NCBI GenBank assembly: GCA_964016885.1
Contig: OZ024752.1
Location: 20,832,001 to 20,896,000 of the forward strand
Origin: Eledone cirrhosa
Lineage: Eukaryota
Direction: 5' to 3'
Length of the DNA stretch: 64,000 nt
Every line of letters begins with the position of its first letter. The stretch's first letter is position 1. Below the pieces are notes generated by a model. That model did no database searches. It saw only the letters and a program-made list of their open reading frames with translations, and was not told the origin of the DNA. Of the stretch, positions 16,680 to 33,500 are shown in pieces. Position numbers and translations under genes: made by a program.

Positions 16680-17977
16680 TGTGACACATACTATTGTATG
16701 TAACACCTAGTATTGTATGTTTCACCTAGCATTGTATGTTACACCTAGTATTGTAGGTAATACCTAGTATTGTATGTTACATCTAGTATTCTGTGTTACA
16801 CCTAGTATTGTATGTTACACTTAGTATTGTATGTTACACCTAGAGCTGTATGTAACGCCTAGTATTGTATGTTACACCTAGTGTTGTATGTTATACCTTG
16901 TACTGTATGTAACATCTAGTATTGTATGTAACACCTTGTGTTGTATGTTACACCTAGTATTGTATTTTACACCTAGTATTGTATGTTAGACATAGCATTG
17001 GATGTTACACCTAGTATTGTTTGTAACACCTAGTATTGTATGTTGCACCTAGTATTGTATGTTACACATAGTACTGTATCTAACACCTAGTATTGTATGC
17101 TGCACTTAGTATTGTATGTTACACCTAGTATTGTATGTTACACATAGTATTGTATGTTACACCTAATATTGTATGTTACACGTAGTATTGTATGTTACAC
17201 CTGGTATTGTATGTTACACCTACTATTGTATGTTACACTTAGTATTGTATGTAACAGGAAGTATTGTATGTAACAACTAGTATTGTATGTAACACCTAGT
17301 ATTGAATGTTACACCTAGTACTGTATGTAACATCTAGTATTGTATGTAACACTTAGTATTGTATGTTACACCTGGTATTCTATGTTAGACCTAGTACTGT
17401 ATGTTACATGTAGTATTGTATATTACACCTAGTATTGTATGTTACAACTAGTACTGTATGTTACACCTAGTACTGTATGTTAGACCTAGTATTGTATGTT
17501 TACACTTAGTATTGTATGTAACACCTAGTATTGTATGTTGCACCTAGTACTGTATGTTACATGTAGTATTGTATGTTACACCTAGTATTGTATGTTACAC
17601 CTAGTATTGTATGTTACATCTAGTATTGTATGTTACACCTAGTATTGGATGTTACACCTAGTATTGTATGTTTACACTTAGTATTGTATGTAACACCTAG
17701 TATTCTATGTTACACCTAGTATTGTATGTTAAACCTAGCACTGTATGTAACACCTAGTATTGTATGTTACACCTAGTATTGTATTTTTACACCTGTACTG
17801 TATGTTACAGCTAGTATTGTATGTTACACTTAGTATTGTATGTAACATCTAGTATTGTATGTTACACATAGTATTGTACGTTACACCTAGTGTTGTATTT
17901 TACTCTGAGTATTGTATGTTATACCTAGTATTGTATGTTACATCTGCTATTGTATATTACACCTAGTATTATATGTT

Positions 17978-18011
17978 ACAATACCACATGTAACATAACA
18001 TAGTAAGTGTA
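17978..18011 (-). repeat. 34-bp inverted satellite segment (copy 5)
   Basis: acaataccacatgtaacataacatagtaagtgta. Confidence 0.86.
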
Positions 18012-20709
18012 TGTTACACCTACTATTGTATGTAACAACTAGAATTGTAGGTAATGCCTACTATTGTATGTAACATCTAGTATTGTATGTAACACCTTGT
18101 CTTGTATGTTACACCTAGTATTGTATGTTACACCTACTATTGTATGTTACACCTAGTATTGTATGTAACAGGAAGTATTGTATGTAACAACTAGCATTGT
18201 AAGTAACAACTTGTATTGAATATTACACCTAGTACTGTATGTTACATCTAGTATTGTATGTATCACCTAGTATTGTATGTAACACCTAGTATTGTATGTT
18301 ACACCTGGTATTGTATCTTAGACCTAGTTCTGTATGTAACATCTAGTATTGTATGTGACACCTAGTATTGTAAGTTAGACCTAGTACTGTATGTTACCCC
18401 TAGTATTGGATGTTACACCTAGTATTGTACGTTACACTTAGTAGTGTATGTAACACCTAGTATTGTATGTAACACCTAGTATTGTATGTAACAACTAGTA
18501 TTGTATGTAACACCTAGTATTGTATGTAACACCTAGTATTGTATGTAACACCTAGTATTGTATGTTAAACCTAGTATTGTATGTAACAGCTAGAATTGTG
18601 TTTTGCATCTAGTATTGTATGTTACACCTAGTATTGTATGTTAGACATAGTATGGGATGTTACACCTAGTATTGTATGTAACACCTAGTATTGTATGTTG
18701 CACCTAGTACTGTATGTTACATGTAGTATTGTATGTTACACCTAGTATTGTATGGTACACCTAGTACTGTATGTTACACCTAGTATTGTATGTTAGACCT
18801 AGTATTGTATGTTACATCTAGTATTGTATGTTACACCTAGTATTGGATGTTACACCTAGTATTGTATGTAACACCTAGTATTGTAGGTAATGCCTAGTAT
18901 TGTAAGTTACATCTAGTATTGTATGTTACACCTAGTATTGTATGTTACACCTAGTGTTGTCTGTAACCCCTTGTATTCTATATTACATGTAGTATTGTAT
19001 GTTACACCTAGTACTGTATCTAACATCTAGTATTGTATGTAACACCTTGTGTTGTATGTTACACCTAGTATTGTAAGTTAGACATAGTATGGGATGTTAC
19101 ACCTAGTATTGTATGTAACACCTAGTATTGTATGTTTCACCTAGTATTGTATGTTACACCTATTATTTTTTGTTACACCTAGTACTGTATCTAACCTAGT
19201 ATTTTGTTGCACCTAGTATTGTATGTTACACCTAGTATAGTATGTTACACATAGTATTTTATTTTAAACCTAGTATTGTATGTAACAGCTAGTATTGTAT
19301 GTACCACCTAGAATAGTATTTTGCACCTAGTATTGTATGTTATATGTAGTATTCTATGTTACACCTAGTATTGTATGTTACAACTAGTATTGTATGTTAC
19401 ACCTAGTATTGTATGTAACATCTAGTATTATAAATAACACCTAGTATTGTATCTTACACCTAGAATTGTATGTAACACATTGTATTGTATGGAACACTTA
19501 GTATTTTATGTTACACCTAGTATTGTATGTTATACCTATTACTGTGTTACATGTACTATTCTGTTACACCTAGATTGTATGTAACACCTTGTATCGTATG
19601 TAACAGCTAGTGTGGTATGTAACACCTAGTATTGTCTGTTACACCTAGTGTTGTATGTAACAACTAGTATTGTTTGTTACATATACTATTGTATGTTACA
19701 CCTAGTATTGTATGTTACACCTAGTATTGAATGTTACATGTAGTATTGTAGGTAACAGTTAATATTTTACACCTAATATTGTATGTAACACCTTGTATTG
19801 TATGTTAGACCTAGTACTGTATGTTACATGTACTATTGTATGTTCCACCTAGTACTGTATGTTAGACCTAGTATTATATGTTACATGTAGTATTGTATGT
19901 TACACCTAGTATTGGATGTTACGCCTAGTATTGTATGTTACACTTAGTATTGTATGTAACACCTAGTATTGTATGTTACACCTAGTATCGTATTTTGTAC
20001 CAATATTCTATGTTACACCTAGTATTGTATGTTACACCTGTACTGTATGTTACATGTAGTATTGTATGTTACACCTAGTATTGTATGTTACACCTAGTAT
20101 TGTATGTAACATCTAGTATTATAAATAACACCTAGTATTGTATGTTACACCTAGTATTGTATGTTACACGTACTATTGTATATTACATCTAGTATTGTAT
20201 GTTACACCAAGTATTGTACGTAATACATTGTATTTTATGTAACACATAGTATTTTATGTTACACCTAGTATTGTATGTTACACCTAGTACAGTATGTTAC
20301 ATGTACTATTGTATGTTACACTTAGTATTGTATTTTACACCTAGTACTGTATGTAACATCTAGTATTGTATGTAACACCTAGTATTGTATGTTACACTAT
20401 GTATTGTATGTTAGACTTAGTACTGTATGTTACATGTTGTATTGTATGTTACACCTAGTATTGTATGTTACAGCTAGTGTTGTATATAACACCTAGTATT
20501 GTCTGTTACACCTAGTTATTGTATGTAACACCTAGTATTGTGTGTTACACCTAGTATTGTATGTAACATCTAGTATTATAAATAACACCTAGTATTGTAT
20601 GTTACACCTTGTATTGTATGTTACACATACTATTATATATTACAACTAGTATTGTATGTTACACCCAGTATTGTATGTAACACTGAGTATTATATTTTGC
20701 ACCTAGTAT

Positions 20710-23700
20710 TGTATGTTACACTTCTACTGTATGTTACATGTAGTATTGTATGTTACCCCTAGTATTGTATGTTACACTTAGTATTGTATGTTACACCTAG
20801 TATTGAACGTTACACCTAGTATTGTATTTTACACCTAGTACTGTATGTAACACCTAGTATTGTATATTACACCTAGTATTGTCTGTTACACTTAGTTTTT
20901 TATGTAACATCTAGTATTATAAATAACACCTAGTACTGTATGTTACACCTTGTATTTTTTGATACACCTAGTGTTGTGTCACACTGAGTATTGTATGGTA
21001 CACCTAATATTGAATGTTACACGTAGTATTGTATGTTACACCTAGTATTGCATGTGACACTTAGTATTGTATATTACCCCAATATTGTATGTTACACATA
21101 GTATTGTATGTAACACGAAGTATTGTATGTAACAACTAGTATTGTATGTAACACCTACTATTTTTTGTTACACCTAGTACTGTATGTAACATCTAGTATT
21201 GTATGTAACACCTAGTATTGTATGTTACTCCTAATATTGTATGTTACACCTAGTATTGGATGTTACGCCTAGTATTGTATGTTACACATAGTATTTTATG
21301 TTAAACCTAGTATCGTATGTAACACCCAGTATTGTATGTTACACCTCTACTGTATGTTATATGTAGTATTGTATGTTACACCTAGTATTGTATGTTACAA
21401 CTAGTATTGTATGTAACATCTAGTATTATAAATAACACCTAGTATTGTATGTTACACCTAGTATTTTATGTTACACCTAGTATTGTATGTTACACCTAGT
21501 GTTGTATGTTACACTGATTATTATATATTACACCTAGTATTGTATGTTACACCTAATATTGTATGTTACATGTAGTATTGTATGTTCCGCCTAGTATTGT
21601 ATGTTACACTTAGTATTGTATGTCACACCTGGTATTGAATGTTACACCTAGTATTGTAGGTAATACCTAGTATTGTATGTAACACCTACTATTTTTTGTT
21701 ACACCTAGTACTGTATGTAACATCTAGTATTGTATGTAACACCTAGTATTGTATGTTACTCCTAATATTGTATGTTACACCTAGTATTGGATGTTACGAC
21801 TAGTATTGTATGTTACACATAGTATTTTATGTTAAACCTAGTATCGTATGTAACACCCAGTATTGTATGTTACACCTCTACTGTATGTTATATGTAGTAT
21901 TGTATGTTACACCTAGTATTGTATGTTACAACTAGTATTGTATGTTACACCTAGTATTGTATGTAACATCTAGTATTATAAATAACACCTAGTATTGTAT
22001 GTTACACCTAGTATTTTATGTTACACCTAGTATTGTATGTTACACCTAGTGTTGTATGTTACACTGATTATTATATGTTACACCTAGTATTGTATGTTAC
22101 ACCTAATATTGTTTGTTACATGTAGTATTGTATGTTCCACCTAGTATTGTATGTTACACTTAGTATTGTATGTCACACCTAGAATTGAATGTTACACCTA
22201 GTATTGTAGGTAATACCTAGTATTGTATGTTACACCTAGTATTGTATGTTACATGTACTATTGTATATTACATCTATTGTATGTTACACCTAAAATTGTA
22301 TGTAACACATTGTATTGTATGGAACACTTAGTATTTTATGTTACACCTAGTATTGTATATTACACCTATTACTGTATGTTACACGTACTATTCTGTTACA
22401 CCTAGATTGTATGTAACACCTTGTATCGTATGTTACAGCTAGTGTGGTATGTAACACGTAGTATTGTCTGTTACACCTAGTGTTGTATGTAAAAACTAGT
22501 ATTGTTTGTTACATATACTATTGTATGTTACACCTAGTATTGTATGTTACACATAGTATTGTATGTTACACCTAGTATTGTATGTTACATGTAGTATTGT
22601 AGGTAACAGATAATATTGTATGTTACACCTAATATTGTATGTAACACCTTGTATTGTACGTTAGACCTAGTACTGTATGTTACATGTAGTATTGTATGTT
22701 CCACCTAGTACTGTATGTTAGACCTAGTATTGTATGTTACATCTAGTATTGTATGTAACACCTAGTATTGGATGTTCCGCCTAGTATTGTATGTTACACC
22801 TAGTATTGTATTTTGCACCTAGTATTGTATGTTACACCTAGTATTGTATGTTACACCTGTACTGTATGTTACATGTATTATTGTATGTTACACTTCTACT
22901 GTATGTTACATGTAGTATTGTATGTTACACCTAGTATTGTATGTTACACTTAGTATTGTATGTTACACCTAGTATTGAACGTTACACCTAGTATTGTATT
23001 TTACACCTAGTACTGTATGTAACACCTAGTATTGTATATTACACCTAGTATTGTCTGTTACACTTAGTTTTTTATGTAACATCTAGTATTATAAATAACA
23101 CCTAGTACTGTATGTTACACCTAGTATTTTTTGATACACCTAGTGTTGTGTCACACTGAGTATTGTATGGTGCACCTAATATTGAATGTTACACGTAGTA
23201 TTGTATGTTACACCTAGTATTGCATGTGACACTTAGTATTGTATATTACCCCAATATTGTATGTTACACATAGTATTGTATGTAACACGAAGTATTGTAT
23301 GTAACAACTAGTATTGTATGTAACACCTACTATTTTTTGTTACACCTAGTACTGTATGTAACATCTAGTATTGTATGTAACACCTAGTATTGTATGTTAC
23401 TCCTAATATTGTATGTTACACCTAGTATTGGATGTTATGCCTAGTATTGTATGTTACACCCAGTATTGTATGTTACACCTCTACTGTATGTTATATGTAG
23501 TATTGTATGTTACACCTAGTATTGTATGTTACAACTAGTATTGTATGTAACATCTAGTATTATAAATAACACCGAGTATTGTATGTTACACCTAGTATTT
23601 TATGTTACACCTAGTATTATATGTTACACCTAATATTGTATGTTACATGTAGTATTGTATGTTCCACCTAGTATTGTATGTTACACTTAGTATTGTATGT

Positions 23701-24560
23701 CACACCTAGTATTGAATGTTACACCTAGTATTGTAGGTAATACCTAGTATTGTATGTAACACCTACTATTTTTTTGTTACATCTAGTACTGTATGTAACA
23801 TCTAGTATTGTATGTAACACCTAGTACTGTATGTTACTCCTAATATTGTATGTTACACCTAGTATTGGATGTTACGCCTAGTATTGTATGTTACACCTAG
23901 TATTGTATGTTACACATCGTATTTTCTGTTACACCTAGTACTGTATCTAACACCTAGTATTGTATGTTACATGTACTATTGTATATTACATCTATTGTAT
24001 GTTACACCTAAAATTGTATGTAACACATTGTATTGTATGGAACACTTAGTATTTTATGTTACACCTAGTATTGTATATTACACCTATTACTGTATGTTAC
24101 ACGTACTATTCTGTTACACCTAGATTGTATGTTACAGCTAGTGTGGTATGTAACACCTAGTATTGTCTGTTACACCTAGTGTTGTATGTAACAACTAGTA
24201 TTGTTTGTTACATATACTATTGTGTGTTACACCTAGTATTGTATGTTACACATAGTATTGTATGTTACACCTAGTATTGTATGTAACACCTTGTATTGTA
24301 CGTTAGACCTAGTACTGTATGTTACATGTAGTATTGTATGTTCCACCTAGTACTGTATGTTAGACCTAGTATTGTATGTTACATCTAGTATTGTATGTAA
24401 CACCTAGTATTGGATGTTACGCCTAGTATTGTATGTTACACCTAGTATTGTATGTTACACCTGTACTGTATGTTACATGTATTATTGTATGTTACACCTA
24501 GTATTGTATGTTACACCTAGTATTATATGTAACATCTAGTATTATAAATAACACCTAGCA
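20710..24560 (+). repeat. ~2.2-kb higher-order duplication with nested ~0.5-kb sub-duplications
   Basis: gatacacctagtgttgtgtcacactgag at ~20961 and ~23133. attgaacgtt at ~20802 and ~22974. Shared ORF tails at 22223 and 23869. Boundaries approximate. Confidence 0.8.
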
Positions 24561-27500
24561 TTGTATGTTACACCTAGTATTGTATGTTACATCTAGTATT
24601 GTATTTAACATCTAGTATTATAAATAACACCTAGTATTGTATGTTACACCTAGTATCGTATGTTACACGTACTATTGTATATTACATCTAGTATTGTATG
24701 TTACACCTAGTATTGTATGTAATACATTGTATTTTATGTAACACATAGTATTTTATGTTATACCTAGTATTGTATGTTACACCTAGTATTGTATGTTACA
24801 CCTAGTACTGTATGTTACATGTAGTATTGTATGTTATACTTAGTATTGTATTTTACACCTAGTACTGTATGTAACATCTAGTATTGTATGTAACACCTAG
24901 TATTGTATGTTACACCTAGTATCGTATGTTACACGTACTATTGTATATTACATCTAGTATTGTATGTTACACCTAGTATTGTATGTAATACATTGTATTT
25001 TATGTAACACATAGTATTTTATGTTATACCTAGTATTGTATGTTACACCTAGTATTGTATGTTACACCTAGTACTGTATGTTACATGTAGTATTGTATGT
25101 TACACTTAGTATTGTATTTTACACCTAGTACTGTATGTAACATCTAGTATTGTATGTAACACCTAGTATTGTATGTTACACTTAGTATTGTATGTTAGAC
25201 TTAGTACTGTATGTTACATGTTGTATTGTATGTTACACCTAGTATTGTATTTTACACCTAGTACTGTATGTAACATCTAGTATTGTCTGTTACACCTAGT
25301 GTTGTATGTAACACCTAGTATTGTGTGTTACATCTACTATTGTATGTTACATATAGTATTGTATGTTACACCTAGTATTGTATGTTACACATAGTATTGT
25401 ATTTTGCACCTAGTATTGTATGTTACATGTAGTATTGTAGGTAACACCTAATATTGTATGTAACACCATGTATTGTATGTTAGACCTAGTACTGTATGTT
25501 ACATGTAGTATTGTATATTACACCTAGTATTGTATATGAAACTTAGTATTGTATGTTACACCTACTATTGTATGTAACAGGAAGTATGGTATGTAACAAC
25601 TAGTATTGTATGTAACACCTAGTATTGTATGTTACACCTAGTATTGTTTGTTACACCTAGTACTGTATGTAACATCTAGTATTATATGTTAAACCTAGTA
25701 TTGTATGTTAGACATAGTATTGTATGTTAGACCCAGTACTGTATGTTACATGGAGTATTGTATGTTACACCTAGTATTGTATGTTACACCCAGTACTGTA
25801 TCTAACATCTATTATTGTATGTAACACCTAGTATTGTATGTTACACCTAGTATTGTATGTTACACCTAGTATTGTATGTTAGACCTAGTATTGTATGTTA
25901 TAACTGGTACTGTATGTTACACATAGTATAGTGTGTTACACCTAGTATTGTATGTAACACCTAGTGTTGTATGTTACGCCTAGTATTGTATGTTACAGTT
26001 ACTATTGTATGTTATACTTAGCATTGTATGTAACACCTAGTATTGTATGTAACATCTAGAATTGTATTTTGCACCTAGTATTGTATGTTACACCTAGTAT
26101 TGTATGTTAACTTTGTACTGTATGTTACATGTAGTATTGTATGTTACACCTAGTATTGTATGTTACACCTAGTGTTGTATGTTACACGTAGTATTGTATG
26201 TTACACCTTGTATTGTATGTTACACTTAGTATTGTATGTTACACCGAGTATTGAATGTTACACCTGGTATTGTAGGTAATACCTAGTATTGTATGTTACA
26301 TATAGTATTGTATGTTACACCTAGTATTTATTTGACACCTAGTATTGTATGTAAGACTTAGTGTTGTATGTTACACCTAGTATTGTATGTTACACCTAGT
26401 ATTGTATGTTATATGTAATATTGTATATTACATCTAGTATTGTATGTAACACCTAGAATTGTATGTAACACCCTGTATTGTATGTTACACTTAGTATTTC
26501 ATGTTACACCTATTATTGTATGTTACACCTATTACTGTATGTTACATGTACTGTTCTGTTACACCTAGATTGTATGTAACACCTTGTATTGTATGTTACA
26601 GCTCGTGTTGTATGTAACACCTAGTATTGTATGTTGCACCTAGTATTGTATGTAACACTTAATATCGTATATTACACATAGTGTTTTATGTTACACCTAG
26701 TAATGTATGTTACACCTAGTATTTTATGTTAAACCTGGTACTCTATGTAACACCTAGTATTGTATGTAACACCTAGTATTGACTGTAACACCTAGTATTG
26801 TATGTAACAACTAGTATTGTTTGTTACATATACTATTGTATGTTACACCTAGTATTGTATGTTACACATAGTATTGTATCTTACACCTAGTATTGTATGT
26901 TACATGTAGTATTGTAGGTAACAGTTAATATTGTATGTTACACCTAATATTGTATGTAACAACTTGTATTGTATGTTAGACCTAGTACTGTATGTTATAT
27001 GTAGTAGTGTATGTTACAGCTGCTATTGTATGTAACACCTAGTATTGTATGTTACACTTAGTATTGTAAGTAACAACTAGTATTGTATGTTTCACCTAGT
27101 ATTGTATGTTTCACCTAGTATTGTATGTTACACCTAGTGTTGTATGTAACACCTAGTATAGTATGTTACATCTAGTGTTGTTTGTAACACCTAGTATTAT
27201 GTGTTACATCTATTGTATGTTATATGTAGTATTGTATGTTTCACCTAGTATTGTATGTTACACCTAGTATTATATGTTTCACTTGTACTGTATGTTATAT
27301 GTAGTATTGTATGTTACACCTAGTATTGTATGTTACATCTAGTATTGTATGTAACATCTAGTATTTTATGTAACACCTAGTATTGTATGTTACACCTAGT
27401 ATTTATGTTACACCTAGTATTTATGTTACACCTAGTATTGTATGTTACACCTAGTGTTGTATGTAACACCTTGTGTTGTATGTAACACTTAGTATTGTGT

Positions 27501-30500
27501 GTTACACCTGCTATTGTATGTTACACCTAGTATTTTATGTAACACCTAGTATTTTATGTTACACCTAGTATTGTATGGTACACCTAGTGTTGTATGTTAC
27601 ATGTAGTATTCTATGTTACACCTATTATTGCATGTTACACATAGAATTGTATGTTACATCTAGTCTTTTATGTTACACCTATTATTGTACGTTACAATTA
27701 ATGTATGTAACACCTAGTATTGTATGTTACATCTAGTATTGTATGTTGCACCTATTACTGTGTGTTACATGTAGTATGGTATGTTAACCCTAGTATTGTA
27801 TGTTACACCTATATTTATGTTACACCTACTATTGTATGTTACATGTAGTATTCTGTTACACCTAGATTGCATGTAACACCTAGTATTGTATGTTACACCT
27901 ACTATTGTATGTTACACCTAGTATTGTACGTTAAACCTACTATTGTATGTTACCGGCTAGTATTGTATGTTACACCTAATATTGTATGTAACATCTAGTA
28001 TTTTATGTAACACCTAGTATTGTATGTTACACCTAGTATTGTATGTAACACATACTATTGTATGTTACACCTAGTGTTGTATGTTACACTGAGTATTGTA
28101 TGTTACACCTAGTATTGTATGTTAGACCTAGTATTGTATGTTATAACTGGTACTGTATGTTACACATAGTATAGTGTGTTACACCTAGTATTGTATGTAA
28201 CACCTAGTGTTGTATGTAACACCTAGTGTTGTATGGTACACCTAGTATTGTATGTAATACCTAGTGTTGTATGTAACACCTAGTGTTGTATGTTACACCC
28301 AGTATTGTATGTTACAAGTAGTATTGTGTATGTTACACCTATTGTATATTACACCGAGTATTCTACGTTACACCTAGTATTTTATGTTACAGCTAGTGTT
28401 GTATGTAAGACCAATATTGTGTGTTACACCTACTATCGTATGTAACACCAAGTAGTGAATAATAACCTAGTGTTGTATGTAACACATAGTATTGTGTGTG
28501 ACACCTACTATTATATGTTACATGCAGTATTGTATGTTAGACCTAGTATTGTATGTAACACCTAGTATTGTATCTTATACCTAGTATTATATGTTACACC
28601 TACTATTGTATGTAACACCTACTATTTTATATTATACGTAGTATTGTATGTAACACGTAGTATTGTATGTAACAACTAGTATTATATGTAACACCTAGTA
28701 TTTGATGTTACACCTAGTATTCTGTTACACCTAATATTGTATGTAACATCGAGTATTCATTGTTACACTTAGTATTGTATGTTATACCTGGTACTGTATG
28801 TTACACATTGTATAGTATGTTACATCTAGTATTGTATGTAATACCTAGTCTTGTATGTAAGACCTAGTGTTGTATGTTACAGCTAGAATTGTTTGTTAAA
28901 CCTAGTATTGTATGTTAGACCTATTGTATGTTACACGAAGTATTCTGTTACACCTAGTATTTTATGTTGCACCTAGTGTTGTATGTAACACCTAGTATTG
29001 TATGTTACACATAGTGTTGTAAGTAACACCAATATTGTGTGTATGTTACACCTAGTATTGTATGTTACACCGAGCATTGTATGTTATACCTAGTATTGTG
29101 CGTAACACCTAATATTGTATGTTACACTGCGTATTGTATTTTACACCTAGTATTGTATGTTACACCTATTATTGTATGTTACACCTAGTATTGTATGTTA
29201 CACCTTGAATTGTATGTTATACCTAGTATTGTATGTTACATCTAGTACTGTATGTTACATCTAGTATTGTATTTTACACCTAGTATTGTATATAACAACT
29301 AGTATTGCATATAAAACCTGGTGTTGTATGTAACACCTAGTATTGTATGTTACACCTACTATTGTATGTTACAGCTACTATTGTATGTAACACCTACTAT
29401 TGTATGCTACACCTAGTATTGTATTTTACACCTAGTATTGTATGTTACACCTAGTATTGTATGTTACACCTACTGTTGTATATTACATCTAGTATTGTAT
29501 GTTACACCTAGTATTGTATGTAACACCTAGTATTGTATGTTAGACCTAGTATTGTATGTTAAACCTACTACTGTATGTTACATGTAGTATTGTATGTTAA
29601 ACCTACTACTGTATGTTACACCCAGTATTGTCTGTAACACCTAGAGTTGTATGTAACATCTAGTGTTGTATGGTACACAATAGTATTGCATGTAATACCT
29701 AGTGTTGTATGTAACACCTAGTGTTGTATGTTACAAGTAGTATTGTGTATGTTACACCTATTGTATGTTACACCGAGTATTCTATGTTACACCTAGTATT
29801 TTATGTTACAGCTAGTGTTGTATCTAAGACCAATATTGTGTATTACACCTACTATTGTATGTAACACCAAGTAGTGAATCATACACCTAGTGTTGTATGT
29901 AACACATAGTATTATGTGTGACACCTACTATTATATGTTACATGTAGTATTGTATGTTAGACCTAGTATTGTATGTAACACCTAGTATTGTATGTAACAC
30001 CCAGTATTGTATGTTATACCTAGTGTTGTATGTAACGCCTAGTATTATATGTTACACCTACTATTGTATATTACACGTAGTATTGTATGTTACACTGCGT
30101 CTTGTATTTTACACCTAGTATTGTATGTTACACATATTATTGTATGTTACACCTAGTATTGTATGTTACACCTTGAATTGTATGTTATACCTAGCATTGT
30201 ATGTTACACCTAGTGTTGTATGTAACATCTAGCTTTGCATGTTACACCTACTATTGTATGTTACACCTAGTATTTTATGTAACACCTAGTATTGTATGGT
30301 ACACCTAGTGCTGTACGTTACACCTGTACTGTATGTTACATGTAGTATTGTATGTAACACCTAGTATTGTATGTTACACCTAGTATTGTATGGTAAACCT
30401 AGTGCTGTATGTTACACCTGTACTGTATGTTACATGTAGTATTGTATGTAACAACTAGTATTGTATGTTACACCTAGAATTGTATGTTACACCTAGTGTT

Positions 30501-33500
30501 GTATGTAACACCTAGTATTGTATGTAACACCTAGTATTGTATGTTACACCTACTATTGTATGTAACACCTACTATTGTATGTTACACGTAGTATTGTAAG
30601 TAACACGTAATATTGTATGTAACAACTATTATTGTATGTAAAACCTAGTATTGTATGTTACACCTAGTATTGTATGTTACATCTAGTACTGTATGTTACA
30701 TCTAGTATTGTACTTTACACCTAGTATTGTATGTAACAACTAGTATTGTATGTAAAACCTAGTATTGTATGTTACACCTACTGTTGTATATTACATCTAG
30801 TATTGTATGTTACACCTATTATTGTATGTAACACCTAGTAATGTATGTTAGACCTAGTATTGTATGTTAAACCTACTACTGTATGTTACATGCAGTATTG
30901 TATGTTACCCCTAGTATTGTATGTTACACCTAGTATTGTATGTTATACCTACTATTGTATGTTACTTGTAGTATTGTATGTTACACTTAGTATTGTATGT
31001 TACATATATTATTGTATGTAAGACCTAGTATCGTATGTTACACGTAGTATTGTATGTAACTCGTACTATTGTATGTAACAACTAGTATTATATGTAACAC
31101 CTAGTATTGCATGTTACACCTAGTATTGTATGTTACACCTAGTATTGTATGTTACACTTAGTATTGCATGTTACACCTAGTGTTGTATGTTACACGTAGT
31201 ATTGTATGTAACACCTACTATTGTATGTTATACCTAGTATTGTATGTTACACCTAGTATTGTATGTTACACCTAGTATTGAATATTACACATAGTATTGT
31301 AACTTATACCTAGTATTGTATGTTACACCTACTATTGTATGTTACATGTAGTAGTGTGTTACAACTGCTATTGTATGTAACACCTAATATAGTATGTTAC
31401 ATGTAGTATTGTATGTAACACCTAGTATTGTATGTTACAACTAGTATTGTATGTTACACCTCGTGATGTATGTAACACCTTGTATTGTATGTTACACCTA
31501 GTGTTGTATGTAACACCTACTATTGTGTGATACACCTAATATTGTATATTACAGGTAGTATTGTATGTTACACCTAGTATTGTATGTTACACCTAGTATT
31601 GTATTTTACACATAGTGTTTTATGTAACACCTAGTATTGTATGTTACACCTAGTATTGTATGTTACACCTCTTATTGTATATTACATGTAGTATTGTATG
31701 TTACACCTAGTATTGTATGTTACACTTATTATTGCATGTAAAACCTACTGTTGTATCTTACACCTAGTATTGTACGTTACACCTCGTATTGTATGTAACA
31801 CGTAATATTGTATGTTACACCTATTGTATGTAACACCTAATTTTATATGTTACACCTAGAATTGTATGTTACACCTAGTGTTGTATGTTACACCTAGTAT
31901 TGTATGTAAAACCTAGCCTTGTATGTACTTCCTACTATTATATGTTATACCTAGTATTGTATGTTAAACCTAGTACTGTATGTAACACCTAGATTTGTAT
32001 GTAACACACAGTATTGTATGTTACACCTAGTATACTATTTTAGACCTAGTACTGTATTTTACATGTTATATTGTATGTTACACCTAGTATTGTATGTTAC
32101 ACCTAGTAGTGTATGTTACACCTAGTATTGTATGTAACACCTAGTATTGTATGTTAAACCTAGTGTTGTATGTTACACCTAGTATTGTACGAAACACCTA
32201 ATATTGTATGTTACACCTAGTATTGTATGTTACACTGATTATTGTATGTTACACCTAGTATTGTATGAAAAACTTTGAATTGTTTGTTACACCTAGTATT
32301 GTATGTTACACCTACTATTGTATGTAACACCTACTATTGTATGTTACACGTAGTATTGTATAGGAACACGTAGTATTTTATGTAGCAACTAGTATTTTAT
32401 GTAACACCTTGTATTGTATATTACACCTAGTATTGTATGTTTCACCTAGTACTGTATGTTACACCTAGTATTGTATGTTACACCTAGTAGTGTATGTTAC
32501 TCCTAGTATTGTATGTAACACGTAGTATTGTATGTAACAAGTAGTATTGTATGTTACACCTAGTATTGTATGTTACACCTAGTATTATATGTTACACCTG
32601 TACTGTATGTTATATGTAGTATTATATGTTACACCTAGTATTGTCTGTAACATCTAGTATTTTATGTAACACCTAGTATTGTATGTTACACCTAGTATTG
32701 TATGTTACACCAAGTATTCTATGTTTCACCTAATATTGTATGTAACATCGAGTATTGAATGTTAACCCTAGTAATGTATGTAACACCTTGTATTGTATGC
32801 TACACCTAGTATTCTATGTTATACCTGGTACTGTATTTACACATAATATAGTATGTTACACATAGTATTTCATGTAATGCCTAGTGTTGTATGTAACTCC
32901 TAGTATTTTATGTAATGCCTAGTGTTGTATGTAACACCTAGTGTTGTATGTTACACCAAGTATTGTATGTTACACCAAGTATTGTGTGTTACACCTAGTG
33001 TATGTTACACCTATTGTATGTTACACCTGTTTTATGTAACACCGAGTATTGTATGTTACACCTAGTGTTGTATGTAATACCTAGTATTGTATTTTACACA
33101 TAGTGTTGTATGTAAAACCAATATTGTCTGTTACACCTACTATTTTTGTAACACCTATTCTTGTATGTTACACGTAGTATTGTATGTAACACGTAGTATT
33201 GTATGTAACAACAATATTGTATGTAACACCTAGTATTGTATGTTAAACCTAGTGTTGTATGTAACACCTTGTATTGTATGTTACACCTAGTGTATGTCAC
33301 ACCTAGTATTGTATGTTACACCTAGTGTTGTATGTAACACCTAGTATTGTATGTTACACCTACTGTGGTATGTAACACATAGTATTGTGTGTTACACCTA
33401 CTATTGTATGTTACATGTAGTATTGTATGTTAGAGCTTGTATTCTATGTATCACCTAGTATTGTATGTTACACCTACTATTGTATGTAAAACCTACTATT

